NCBI GenBank assembly: GCA_002269645.1
Contig: NIVC01001471.1
Location: forward strand, 1-64,000
Length of the DNA: 64,000 nucleotides
Source of the DNA: Macrostomum lignano
Taxonomy: Eukaryota
Direction of reading: 5' to 3'
Shown here in pieces: positions 1 through 47,300 of this stretch; within the stretch, counting starts at the first letter, position 1; the number at the start of each line of letters is the position of its first letter. A model generated the notes under the pieces. It saw only the letters and a program-made list of their open reading frames with translations. It ran no database searches and was not told where the DNA came from. Both the position numbers and the translations under genes were made by a program.

Positions 1-959
1 GTCAGCTTTTGCCCTAATTTGTGCAGCGCCTCAAAGCCCCATGCTAGCAACCTCCTGCCGCCGTGCTGAGCTCGCCCATCTCATTTCCAGTTTCCATCTG
101 CTTAATTTTTTCCCAAATTCGGCAGCTGTTCGATCCATGATTAGCCATGGCTCGGCTCGGCTAGATACACGGCTAAATCGCTAAGCCTAATTAATAGGGG
201 AAACAGCTCAGCAAGACAAGTTTCTTCTAATTTGATTTCCACTTGGACAAAATGTACGAGTACTTGCCTGTACAATGATTATTTCCTAGGCGAAATGAGA
301 TGAGAGGCTGCTGGATTCCATTAGATCATGAGGCGTTTCGAGTCCTATTTGGAGCAGTCACCTGGGCACAGATCAAGAATAGAACAGCTTTTGCGTAATA
401 TTTGCACTCAGAGTCATGCCTATCAGTATTTTCTCTCGCAGTTAAAAACTATCGATACAAATAATTGGTTTGACATTCGGTGTAACCATTGGGTGCACGC
501 AGATCCAACTATTTTAGTTCGAAATCGAAACCAGAGTTTGTTAGGCTTTCCGGTGTACCAAAAAGATAGGTTCATCACAAACGCAATGAGATTTCTTTGA
601 AATTTGGGTACCTTCGTCAAGAAAAAATGTTGCTGGGTTCCCCCTGAGTGTTTGTAGTTTTGTTTCTTAGAGACCTCTAGCAATCGCAAGAAGTTTCCTG
701 CAGAAATAAAAGGTCAGACAGATTTTCACTTGTTTACATTTCAGTTCTACCAGTTGAATTGTCCTTTCTATGAACAAATAAATCAAATAATTTTAGCCCG
801 TGCTTCTGGCGAAGTTTTTCTAAGCCCAAAAGTGATTATATCTTATTGAAGTTTGAAAAATTGAGAGGGGCAAGCAAACAAGATTATCTAGTTGTGTATT
901 AATTATACTCGTACTTCGGCAATCGAAGTTGACCTTTGATGCTTAAAGAAACCATTTTG

Positions 960-1865
960 CTACTGATATGTCGGTACTGATATGTCGTAATGATATGTCG
1001 GTACTGATATGTCGGTAATGATATGTCGGTAATGATATGTCGGTACTGATATGTCGGTAATGATCTGCTGGTAATGATATGTCGGTAATGATATGTCGGT
1101 ACTGATATGTCGGTAATGATATGTCGGAATTGATATGTCGGTAATGATTTGTCGGTACTGATATGTCGGTAATGATATGTCGGTACTGATATGTCGGTAA
1201 TGATATGTCGGTACTGATATGTCGGTAATGATATGTCGGTACTAATATGTCGGTAATGATTTGTCGGTACTGATATGTCGGTAATGATATGTCGGTACTG
1301 ATATGTCGGTAATGATATGTCGGTACTGATATGTCGGTAATGATATGTCGGTACTAATATGTCGGTAATGATATGCCGGTACTGATATGTCGGTAATGAT
1401 ACGTCGGTAAAGATATGTCGGTACTGATATGTCGGTAATGATATGTCGGTAATGATATGTCGGTACTGATATGTCGGTAATGATCTGCTGGTAATGATAT
1501 GTCGGTACGTCGTACTGATATGTCGGTAATGATATGCCGGTAGTGATATGTCGGTAATGATATATCGGTACTGATATGTCGGTACTGATATGTCGGTAAT
1601 GATATGTCGGCACTGATATGTCGGTAATGATATGTCGGTAATGATATGTCGGTACTGATATGTCGGTAATGATCTGCTGGTAATGATATGTCGGTACGTC
1701 GGTACTGATATGTCGGTAATGATATGCCGGTAGTGATATGTCGGTAATGATATATCGGTACTGATATGTCGTACTGATATGTCGGTAATGATATGTCGGC
1801 ACTGATATGTCGGTAATGATATGTCGGTAATGATATGTCGGGTACTGATATGTCGGAATTGATAT
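960..1865. repeat. 14-bp minisatellite (TGATATGTCGGTA[A/C])
   Basis: Direct tandem array; explains ORFs 899-1912 and 1242-1802. Confidence 0.95.
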
Positions 1866-2496
1866 ATTTGCACGTGTCTGACTATTGCTGCAAAGTTCCT
1901 GGTTCGATTCACGAGTTCCTAGGAGCTTCTATGACTGAGCCAAGACAGGAGGGTCATGCGCCAAGATTTGGCTCCTGTAGTCTATTACGAGTAGTACGTC
2001 GGTAGCCTGAGTATGTGCTCAATTGAGGGCCATCTTGAGCCCTTAAACCAGAATCGTTAGTGCAATCTGCAGCGTTATTGCAAAAAATCATATTCCTTGA
2101 ATAATTTTCATGTCCCAAAGCTAAAATCGGTCAAGGATTAAATAATTAACTTTTCTGCACCACATCTCCTCTGCCTATTTTCTGACGAGCGTAGCTCATA
2201 AGGTAAGGGCTCAGAATCCAATTATATTCGACTGAAACGCGGAAAATTTATATTCGATTTTAAAATGAAATCAACCTCAAGCAAAAAGAAGCTACGACAA
2301 GTTTTGTGTAAAAACATCACACAGAAGCTTGCTTGTCTGTTGTGTGTATTGAAGTACTGAACTCTGGAGAGTTGCTCCTCTGAACAATAGTGCTAGGTCT
2401 CCTTGACTAGGGGCATAAGGATCTCTGACAGTGCCTACAACCCCCTAGCAACTGACTAAGTACTAAAAAGCATGACTCATCGCGCTAACCATCCAG

Positions 2497-36444
<33,948 letters not shown>

Positions 36445-37889
36445 TTGCTATTGAATATTTCTTGTAAAAATGTTTGCACTGCACTACTCGTACGCTTTGA
36501 AAGTCAGTAACAAGTAATGTATTTTGGCTTAAAATCCTAATTATCGTTTGATAAAATCTTTATACAAAATGTATATTTTTATAACCTGGCTTTTCTTTGC
36601 TGCCCGCACCACCCCATTTTCTCTATTACGAGTATAACAAATTAGTATAACTTCTACGTTTAACTTATTTTTGGGCAAGTTGTGGTGAATTTAAGATACT
36701 AATAGCAATGATTCTATTTCATCTTTTCGACTAACTTAATTTCTAAAATGTTAATTCCCTCACACTCACCACTTATATTGATTATGCTACTGCTGCTGAA
36801 TTCACCTGTGATATGTTTAAGCAATTCAAGCAGGTTTTTTGAAAGTTCAATTAAATATGATTTTTAACTCTCTCGATCACGCCAGCCTTGACGGTTGATA
36901 TTAAAGATATTCAGATCGGTACAAAATTCATTGACAATGGTGTTTACAAATTTATTTTTTTACAGTCAAAGAGAGATCTAATTGAGCAGGTAGAGGTAAG
37001 TGACACCCCAATTTATTAGACCCTTCTTTGAGTCAATAGTGAAATTTAACTCAAGTAGTGCAAATGCCAATAGAAACCGACGGACAAAATACCAGCTGTG
37101 ATAATGAATGTAAAAAGCTTCATCATCTACACGAATGAGCGATCTTTGAAATGTTTTGAATCTTTTGAAAACAAGAAATCCTAATTGGGGATATCGGAAT
37201 CAAGTTTTCCCCACACGAGGGGCGAGTGTACCTACTCCTCTACTAAATTTCGGTTTTGAATAGGACTGCAAAAAGTACAAAGTTCTATAATTAATAAAAA
37301 TGAGCAGTACGAGCTTCTCGCTACTGAATAGAGGACCTTGGCGAGTAGTATAGCAGCAGAGATTTATTGTTAGGAAGCAGAAAAATAAAACGCATTTTAT
37401 CACACATCGTTGCATCGCACTATTATTGGCAATGAGGTGAATTCATGGACAGCCGAAGCAAAGTGTGTTTGTTAGAGATAATTCGTCTATGGCGTAAATC
37501 CCATTGATCGAAATCCATTGAGAAAACTTGGCTGTGTTTTGAGTGTTGGCACTTTTAAGTTATGCTTTTTTCTAGCTAGTAATAAAAATAATGATTGGTT
37601 TCACCTGCCCTAATGGGCAGATGTGCAACCGACTGCTCAGCCGCAGTTATTGCGCGGCGCATCTGAATCGAAGGCTGCCTACGGCAGTTCAGTCCTAGGA
37701 CTGGGAGTCGCCCTACCCACCCTCAATTACCTATTAGCTACAGCTGGATGAACTGAAGCAATGCAGAGTTAAGTGTCTTGCTATCTCCTATCTCCGGCCT
37801 CGAAATAAAACTTGAACGATTTGTGAGTGCAAGCGCTCTCCCACTTGAGCTGTCCAAGAGTGAATACCAGCTGTACAAGCTCACTCTCC

Positions 37890-38384
37890 TCAGTCAGAAT
37901 AGTTCATGTAGTACTGCAGCACCAGCAGGGCCGCCACCAGCTCCGCCACGGTGAACATCAGGGCGATAACGAACAGCTTCTCGACTCGAGTAGCCCACAG
38001 GGACGCCTCCGCTGTGGAGCCGCCCTGCAGCCTGTAGGCCCTGCGGCAGCGCACGAGAGCCACGAGAACCATCAGGCCGATAGGCGGGGCCAGCAGCAGC
38101 GCCAGCACGGTCAGGCAGCGCAGCCGGTGCAGCCGCTCCGCTGTCACGGGACTCCGCTTCGGGTCGCGGTCCTCTGGCCTGCCGGACCGGGGACTCAGCA
38201 CTCGCTGTCCGCCAACTGAGTCTGTTACTATGACAACCTCGGCATCAGACCGACCGCCCGAGGTTGTGTAGTACAGAACGGGCACCGATGTTTGTTCCGC
38301 TCGACTAGTCGAAGGCGGCCCGCTGACCGCTGGCAGCTCCTCGTTGCCGACCAGCCCGGCGCGACCTTCCTCTGTCTTGGGCAT
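37890..38384 (-). CDS. CD225/dispanin-family small membrane protein, ~164 aa
   Basis: ORF from ATG 38384. Low-complexity N-terminus, then LLLAPPIGLMVLVALVRCRRAY...A...VEKLFVIALMFTVAEL, the two-helix CD225-like pattern. Confidence 0.6.
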   Translation of the reverse strand: MPKTEEGRAGLVGNEELPAVSGPPSTSRAEQTSVPVLYYTTSGGRSDAEVVIVTDSVGGQRVLSPRSGRPEDRDPKRSPVTAERLHRLRCLTVLALLLAPPIGLMVLVALVRCRRAYRLQGGSTAEASLWATRVEKLFVIALMFTVAELVAALLVLQYYMNYSD

Positions 38385-39111
38385 TTTGCTCGAGGCTGCT
38401 CTCAACGGTTGAGCGAATAAAAATCGTGCAACGCCCTGCCTGCCCCACATGCGCGGCTGTCGATCTGCTCCTTTTTAAAGCAGTATTTGGGGGTTGGGGC
38501 AGAGGCGAGAGAAGGAGAGGCCAGGGTTAGACTCGGAATCGCACTTTGCCATATTTGTCTTCTCATTTGCCTTTCTTAATTCCTTTCTCTCTCTCTCTCT
38601 CCGTGGTCTTCTGGTCGCGTTCTCTTGCCCATTGCAGTTGCAGCTCAAGCAAGCCAATTGAACTAATGTACGCACAAGGCGCACAATAGGGGCATAAAGA
38701 GAGCAGAACTTTGCTGCCAATGCTTTTTCTGTCGCATCCACACCGAAATTAGCATATTTTATTTATTATTATTCTGACGAACTGCATGCACAACTCGGTC
38801 GGTCAGTATTTTAATTAGGCCAACCGCTTCTCGGCAGGGGCCGGAGGGTAGAAACACAGAAATGCGAAAAGATCTGTACAATTTATTTCAGGCAACAATA
38901 TAAGCATTATAGGTTAATAGCTACTGCTGTAAGTAAATAGAAATAAAATTAAAGATGGAGAAAGACGAAGAGTTATAAAACTATTAATGAAAGCGGATTA
39001 ATTTTCGATAGAGACTCCTGATAGTAATGTAGCATGCTGAGAAAGTTACATTTATTAAGGGCTAGACATAAAGCTGACAAAAACTCTTTCGAGGGACCTG
39101 ATTAGGTTGGA

Positions 39112-39800
39112 AATCCATTATCCCATATCTTGGAAACCCATCATCCCATTCCTTAGAAACCCATCATCCCAAACCTTGGAAACCCATCATCCCATACCTT
39201 GGAATCTCAGCATCCCACACCTTAGAAACCCAGCATCCCATACCTTGGAATCTCAGCATCCCATACCTTAGAAACCCAGCATCCCATACCTTAGAAACCC
39301 ATCATCCCATTCCTTAGAAACCCAGCATCCCACACCTTAGAAACCCAGCATCCCACACCTTAGAAACCCAGCATCCCACACCTTAGAAACCCAGCATCCC
39401 ATGCCTTAGTAACCCAGCATCCCACACCTTGGAAACCCAGCATCCCATACCTTAGAAACCCAGCATCCCATACCTTAGAAACCCATCATCCCATTCCTTA
39501 GAAACCCTGCATCCCACACCTTACAAACCCTGCATCCCACACCTTAGAAACCCAGCATCCCACACCTTAGAAACCCAGCATCCCACACCTTAGAAACCCA
39601 GCATCCCACACCTTAGAAACCCTGCATCCCACACCTTAGAAACCCAGCATCCCACACCTTAGAAACCGAGCATCCCACACCTTAGAAACCCTGCATCCCA
39701 CACCTTAGAAACCCAGCATCCCACATCTTGGAAACCCAACATCCCATACCCAGGAAACATACGATTTCATACCTTGGAAACCCAGCATCCCATGAAAACC
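39112..39800. repeat. 23-bp minisatellite
   Basis: Unit CCCAGCATCCCACACCTTAGAAA. Confidence 0.93.
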
Positions 39801-39875
39801 ATGGAAAGCCCACAATTTCATAGCTTGAAAAGCCCGTCAGGCAGTTTCAGCAAGTCAGCGGAAGCGTTGACCTTC

Positions 39876-41316
39876 TCAGCCCCGCAGCCAGCTGTCAAAG
39901 TGCGCCCGCATCTGCACGCAGGCGTCACGCCGGTGCCAGTTGACTGTCGGCAACACCCGCTTAGGCCGAATCGCTCGCACAAAATCTCGCAGCTCGCCGA
40001 AGCTGCTGTGCTCTGAGTAGGCGGCTCCGTACACCTCGATGGTTGGACAGTCGCTGACGTCGCTGCAGCCGCCGCCGCGGTTTCCGGCGTAAATCCGTTT
40101 AATCCCTGGCGCGACTGTGACGCCTCTTGCGCTCAGACTCCAGCCGGTTGGCGAGATGCCCAGGCAGGCCTCCACCCGGGGCCGCTCCGGCCGGCGGCGC
40201 CAGCCTTCCAGGTAGCGGCGGAGACCGGCGTGGCTCACAGACTGCAGCGGCAGCACCTGCACGGGTGGGAGGCTCAGTGTCTGTCTGTCTACTCTCAGTG
40301 TCTGTCTGTCTGTCTACTCTCAGTGTCTGTCTGTCTTCTCTCAGTGTCTGTCTGTCTGTCTGTCTGTCTTCTCTCAGTGTCTGTCTGTCTGTCTGTCTTC
40401 TCTCAGTGTCTGTCTGTCTGTCTGTCTTCTCTCAGTGTCTGTCTGTCTGTCTACTCTCAGTGTCTGTCTGTCTGTCTTCTCTCAGTGTCTGTCTGTCTTC
40501 TCTCAGTGTCTGTCTGTCTGTCTGTCTGTCTATCCGCCTGCCTGTCCGTCTATCTGTTTGTCTTCTCTCAGTGTCTGTCTGTCTTCTCTCAGTGTCTATC
40601 TGTCTGTCTACTCTCAGTGTCTGTCTGTCTGTCTGTCTACTCTCAGTGTCTGTCTGTCTCCTCTCAGTGTCTGTCTGTCTTCTCTCAGTGTCTGTCTGTC
40701 TTCTCTCAGTGTCTATCTGTCTGTCTACTCTCAGTGTCTGTCTGTCTGTCTGTCTACTCTCAGTGTCTGTCTGTCTTCTCTCAGTGTCTGTCTGTCTTCT
40801 CTCAGTGTCTGTCTGTCTTCTCTCAGTGTCTATCTGTCTGTCTACTCTCAGTGTCTGTCTGTCTGTCTGTCTGTCTGTCTACTTTCAGTGTCTGTCTTTT
40901 CTCAGTGTCTGTCTATAGGCCAGCCTGTCCCCACCTGCAGGCGGCAGCGGCCGTCGTCCCTGGCCACCAGACGGGAGATGTCCGGATCGCCCAGGGCGTT
41001 GAGCAGCCTCAGCTTGGCGGAGTCCACAGCGGCCCGGCAGCCGAGCATGCGGGCAATGCTGAGGTACAGCCGCTCCTTGCCCAGAGTGTAGGAGCCGCAG
41101 ACGATCAAATAGTTAGGATTTTCGGCTACGAACTCCCTGACCAGCCGCAGCACGGACTCGATAATGTCCGACTGGGACGGGAAGTCGTACTTGGGATTGC
41201 AGTAGGTGGTGTCCAGGTACAAGCTGTCAATCTCGGGCGACTCGCCAAGCCAGCCGCGAATGCTCTGCAGCAGACTGGCTGAGGCGCGGAAGTCTCCGGT
41301 GTGCAGGATCTGCAGG

Positions 41317-41368
<52 letters not shown>

Positions 41369-44300
41369 CTACCTATAAAAATCAAAACTCTGTGTGTGTG
41401 TGTGTGTGTGTGGACAATTTTGATCGCTATGGACTCCCAAACCGCTCAACCAAATGACACCAAACTTTACACCCACCCTAAACTTACTACGGAGAGTGTC
41501 TTAGGCTACCTTAAAATTTCCTAGACTCAAGTCTTCCTACCTAAAAGTGCAAAAAACTGCTCAAAATGCGCGATTTTTTCACTAAATCCTCCATAGCGCC
41601 GCTCCACTTCTACGAATTTTCTTCAAATTTGACACAGACAATTTTCAACTATTTTGGCACAATCGTGTAAAATTTCGAGTCTCAAAGTTAATCCGGAGCG
41701 GTGCTGTGCACTTTTAAAATTAGGCTGTTTTTTTAGCGTAGCAACCACCCCAACCTCCGCCCGCCTGCCTCTCTTTCCCGATCTGGGCCCAGATGTGTAA
41801 AAGGGGTTTCAAAATTGACTAACTTTCAGCTGCCATAAGTTTGCTCCACGTAAAGCGATTGACTTCTAACTTGACACAATTCTTCATTGACTCATTCTCT
41901 ATCTAAATGTTAAGTTTCAACTCTGTATCCTAATTAGGACAGAAACTATAAGCATGTGAAGTTTGTCTGCTTTTTCTGTTGTTTGCCGCTCATCCAACTC
42001 ATTCCCCCAGACGAAGGATCAGGCGATAGGGCTCAATGTACACAGCGAATGTACAGTGTTTTGGAATAACTTTTTAATAGCCTTCTCTGTACCCCCGCGA
42101 GTGGAGAGGCGTGGAGAGGAGAGAGTTTAGCGAGAGATTCAATTTCAAACCACTGTCCTCTGAATAGACAAGTCTGCAGCAGTTAAACAAGGATGGCAAA
42201 TCAGGGGTTTGTAATAATATCGAAAAATTAATGAATAACTGATTACAATGCAATCATACTAAATTAGTTACACTTACACCATGAAAATTTTAACATTAAG
42301 ATTCGCATAAGGTACTTTAAAATTTAAATGGCCTCCTAAGAAATGCGTATTTCCATGGTTGTTTGTTAGACTGCTGCAGACTGTGGTGGTGGAGCTGGAG
42401 AATGGAGATATACAAATTTCTCTCAGGGCTGCTAATTGGCCAGAAAGATGACGTGATTAAAGCATGAGAAATGATAACAACCACGATAGTACTACGTCCC
42501 ACAAACTGGCTTTCGAAGCAGGGATCGGCAGATTTTTATCTCAATGGCCAGATAAAGAATCCAACTCATAGCTACGGGCCAGATGAGAGTGAAAAGGAAA
42601 AAGAATAGACCATTAGAAAGGGAGGAGGGGCGAGAGGGGATAAAAGAAAAGATAGAAGATAACAGGAGAGACGTACGAGGAGGTTGAGGAGAGAGCAGAG
42701 AATATGGGACGAAGAAGCGAGAGGAGGGGAGAGAGAAGGGAGAGGAAATAGTAGAGGTGAGAAGATGGAGAGAGAAGAGGGGAGAGATAAGACAGAGGAT
42801 CGATGAGAGAGGAGAGTAGAGAAGAGTGAGATGAGAGAACAAAGAGGAGATGAGAGTATCGAGAGGGGGATTAGAAAGGATAGAGGGGAGGAGATAAGAG
42901 GGGGAGAGACGAGTGAGAAGAGAGAAGATAGAGATGAGAGAGAGAGTTGAGAAAGAAGAGAGGACAAAGGAGAGATGATAGAGTAAAGGGAAGAGGAGGA
43001 GAGAGGAAAGAGATGAGATTGTAGAGATAAGTGAGATGAAAGGAAATATGAGAGAGTAGAGTAGAGATGAGAGATGAAGGAAGAGAGAGCAGAGTGCGGA
43101 GAGACGAGAAAAGAGAATAGAGGGGAGAGAGTATAGAAGAGGGAAGAGAAGAGAGGAGTAAGGAAAGAGAGGAGTCAGAAGAGGGGAAAGAGAAGAGTAC
43201 ACAGTAGAGAGGAGAGTAGAGATGACAGAAGAGAGAGGGGAATGAGAGAGCAAAGATGAGAGTGAACAGACGATATAAGAGAGGAGAGAGGAGAGTGAGA
43301 GAGAAGAGAGAAGACAAGAGAGGGAGAGAGTATAGAAGAGAGAAGTGAAGAGACAAGAAGAAAGAAGAAAGGATCGAGTCCTCCTGAGTCAAAAAAGGGA
43401 AAGAGAGGAGTACAAGGGGAGAGAGGTGAGAGAACATATGAGAGTAAAGATGACTGATAAGAGAGGGGAGATGAGAGAGCAGAAACGAGAGTGAACAGAC
43501 GAGAGATGGGAGAGTAGAGAGAAAATAGGAGAGATAAGAAATAAGGGATGAGAGGTGTAGACAAGGGAGAGATGAAAAGTTAGGCTGTTTTTTTCAGCGA
43601 GGCAGCCACCCCAACCTCCGCCCGCCTGCCTCTCTTTCCCGATCTGGGCAAAGGGTGTGAATCAGGTTTTAAAATGCCTAACTTTCGGTTGCCATAAGTT
43701 TGCTCCACGTGAAGCGATTGACTTCTAACTTAACACAATTCTTCTTTGATTCATTCTCTGTCTAAATGTAAAGTTTCAACTCTCTAACTCAATCAGAACA
43801 GAAACTGTAAGCATGTGAAGTTTGTCTGCTTTTTCTGTTGTTTGTGCCACTCACTCACTTATTCCCCCAGAGCCAGACGAAGGGTCAGGCGATAGGGCTC
43901 AATGTACATAGCGAGTGTACAGTGTTTTGGAATAACTTTTTAATAGCCTTCTCTGTACCCGCGACTGCGATTAGAGAGGCGTGGAGAGGAGAGACAGTTT
44001 AGCGAGAGATTCAAACCACTGTCCTCTGTATAGACAAGTCTGCAGCAGTTTAACAGTAGAACTACCAAGAGGGGGGGAAAAATTTCCCCCCCCTGACAAT
44101 TTTTTTTGCTGCGCCGGAACGGAGCAACGCAGGCACACGAAATTCAAGAACACGGGCTAACTTTTTGTTGCGCACCTTCTCAAACAAGAATCAAGTCGCC
44201 AGCCCTTCGGACCGTCGAGATATTCGACGATTCTGCCAGAAGGTCGGATTTTTCCCATAAGCGCTAGTGTATTCAGTACACCCCTGTGCGCCAAATAGCA

Positions 44301-47300
44301 CTGCGCCTCAGTGCAGCCTTGCCAAGTCTCCATATTTCATCAGCACGTCGACCAAATGTGTCTGCATCAGTTCTGACTTCGTTGGTTACTGGCCTTCCCC
44401 GAGACGGAGCTTCTAGACCTTCAACAGGTGGCACCAGGTGACTATGAACACCTTGATGCGAATTTCTCTAGTTTCACCGATCAAGCCTCGACAGTAGGCA
44501 AGCCTCAACTGCCAGACACCCTCAGCTAGTCTCCTGAGCATTCCTTCATCATCCCGACACCGTCGGCACCTTCAACAGGTAGCATCAGGTGACTATGGAC
44601 GTCCTGTTGCAAATATGTCAGGTCTTTCTTATCAAGCTTCAATAATGGGCAAACCTCAACCAACGGACATTGTCAGCTAGTCTCTCGAGCATTTCGTCAT
44701 CACCCCGATGACGTCAGCACCTTCAACAAATGACACCAGATGACTATGGACAACCTGATGCTGATTTCTCTAGTTTCGCCGATCAAGCCTCGACAGTGGG
44801 CAAAAATCAACTGCTGGACATTCTCAGCTAGTCTCTCAAGCCTTCCGTCATCATCCCGACGCCGTCGGCTCCTTCAACAGATTACACCAGGTGACTATGG
44901 ACAACCTGATGCTGATTTCTCTAGTTTCGCCGATCAAGCCTCGACAGTGGGCAAGCCTCAACTGCTGGACATTCTCAGCTAGTCAGTCAAGCATTCAGCC
45001 ATCACCCCGACGCCGTCGGCACCTTCAACAGGTGGCACCAGGGGAGTAAGGACACCTGAGTGTGATTTTTCATCATGCTCTTAACATTTCTGAATCATTA
45101 AAAAAATGAAAAAACGGATTGAATTTACTGGCTTCTGTAGGGCGTAGGCCGTGCGCTGCACTCTCTGCCCCACATTATTATTCATGACTCATTCTCTCGC
45201 CTAAACTTGTTTAACAAGTCTCGACCAATCGCGCATCGCTGCACCCCACCCCACAATATTGACTAATAAATATATTGAGTAAACAGAGCCATACAGAGGC
45301 CACCTTTTCGGCACGCAAACCCAGACTTCACAGCTTCTTAGAAGCATAACCCTTTCTGCATAAAAATTGGGTTCAATATTATAGTTGAATAAACTAAACA
45401 GCTTTTCGAATAAAATATGTATGTAGCTCGTATGCATAAAAGTATGTGTAATAATAATATAAATATACAGCAACATGAGTTCAAGCTTAACTATGGCAAT
45501 GTCCGTGCTTTAAAAATTTTGAGAGCTTCAGAAATGTTAAGAGCATGATGAAAAATCACGCTCAGGTGTCCTTACTCCCCTGGTGCCACCTTTTGAAGGT
45601 GCCGACGGCGTCGGGGTGATGGCTGAATGCTTGACTGACTAGCTGAGGATGTCCAGCAGTTGAGGTTTGCTCATTATTGAAGCTTGATAAGAAAAACCTG
45701 ACATTTTTGCAACAGGCTGTCCATAGTCACCTGGTGTAATCTGTTGAAGGAGCCGACGGCGTCGGGATGATGACGGAAGGCTTGAGAGACTAGCTGAGAA
45801 TGTCCAGCAGTTGATTTTTGCCCACTGTCGAGGCTTGATCGGCGAAACTAGAGAAATCAGCATCAGGTTGTCCATAGTCATCTGGTGTCATTTGTTGAAG
45901 GTGCCGACGTCATCGGGGTGATGACGAAATGCTCGAGAGACTAGCTGACAATGTCCGTTGGTTGAGGTTTGCCCATTATTGAAGCTTGATAAGAAAGACC
46001 TGACATATTTGCAACAGGACGTCCATAGTCACCTGATGCTACCTGTTGAAGGTGCCGACGGTGTCGGGATGATGAAGGAATGCTCAGGAGACTAGCTGAG
46101 GGTGTCTGGCAGTTGAGGCTTGCCTACTGTCGAGGCTTGATCGGTGAAACTAGAGAAATTCGCATCAAGGTGTTCATAGTCACCTGGTGCCACCTGTTGA
46201 AGGTCTAGAAGCTCCGTCTCGGGGAAGGCCAGTAACCAACGAAGTCAGAACTGATGCAGACACATTTGGTCGACGTGCTGATGAAATATGGAGACTTGGC
46301 AAGGCTGCACTGAGGCGCAGTGCTATTTGGCGCACAGGGGTGTACTGAATACACTAGCGCTTATGGGAAAAATCCGACCTTCTGGCAGAATCGTCGAATA
46401 TCTCGACGGTCCGAAGGGCTGGCGACTTGATTCTTGTTTGAGAAGGTGCGCAACAAAAAGTTAGCCCGTGTTCTTGAATTTCGTGTGCTTGCGTTGCTCC
46501 GTTCCGGCGCAGCAAAAAAAATTGTCAGGGGGGGGGAATTTTTCCCCCCCTCTTGGTAGTTCGACGGGCGGAAAAATGGCTTGGTATTCCTACTGTTAAC
46601 TGTGGATGGCAAATCAAGAGTCAAGACAATGGTGGGATGGTTTGTAAAAATAGCGAAAAATAAATGAATAACAACTGATTACAATGCAATTCTACTAAAT
46701 CAGTTAATTACAGCATGAAGCTTTCAACATTAAAATTCGCATAAGGTAACTTTAAAATTTAAATGGCTCCTAAGAAATGCGTATTTCCCTTGGTTGTTAG
46801 ACTGCTGCAGAGTGCAGACTTTGGTGGTGGAGCTGGAGATACACAAATTTCTCTCAAGGGCTGCTAATTGGCCAGAAAGATGACGTGATTAAAGGATAAG
46901 AAATGATAACAGCCATGCGAGTACTACGTCCCACAATTCCACAAACTGGCTTTTGAAGCAGGGATTGGCAGATTTTTATCTCAAAGGCCAGATAAAGAAT
47001 CCAGCCCATGGCTGCGCCTGCGGGCCAGATGAGAGTGAAAAGGAAAAGGAATAGACTATTAGATAGAAAGAGAGTAGGGGCGAGAGGGGGCGAAGAGAAA
47101 CGATAGAAGATAACGCGAGAGACGAGGGGGTTAAGGAGAGCCTGCAGAGAATATGAGCAGGAGAGGCAGCCACCCCAACCTCCGCCTCTCTCTCCCTTAT
47201 CTGGCGAGATGTGGAAAAGGTTTTAAAATAGACTAACTTTCGGCTGTCATAAGTTTGCTCCACATGAAGCGATTGAATTCAAACTTGACACAATTCTTCA

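Noticed and set aside
300-700. Possible hAT transposase remnant on the minus strand (FLDEGTQISKKS)
   Set aside because: Only a short motif resemblance that needs frameshifts; not supportable without a profile search.
42317-43253. Hydrophobic, GPCR-like ORF fragments ([16 protein letters not shown])
   Set aside because: They coincide with the hAT MITE end and CT tract, and the reading frames are not conserved among copies.
45095-45526. Foldback spacer as transposase or captured exon
   Set aside because: Only a short ORF without DDE or SNM1A motifs.
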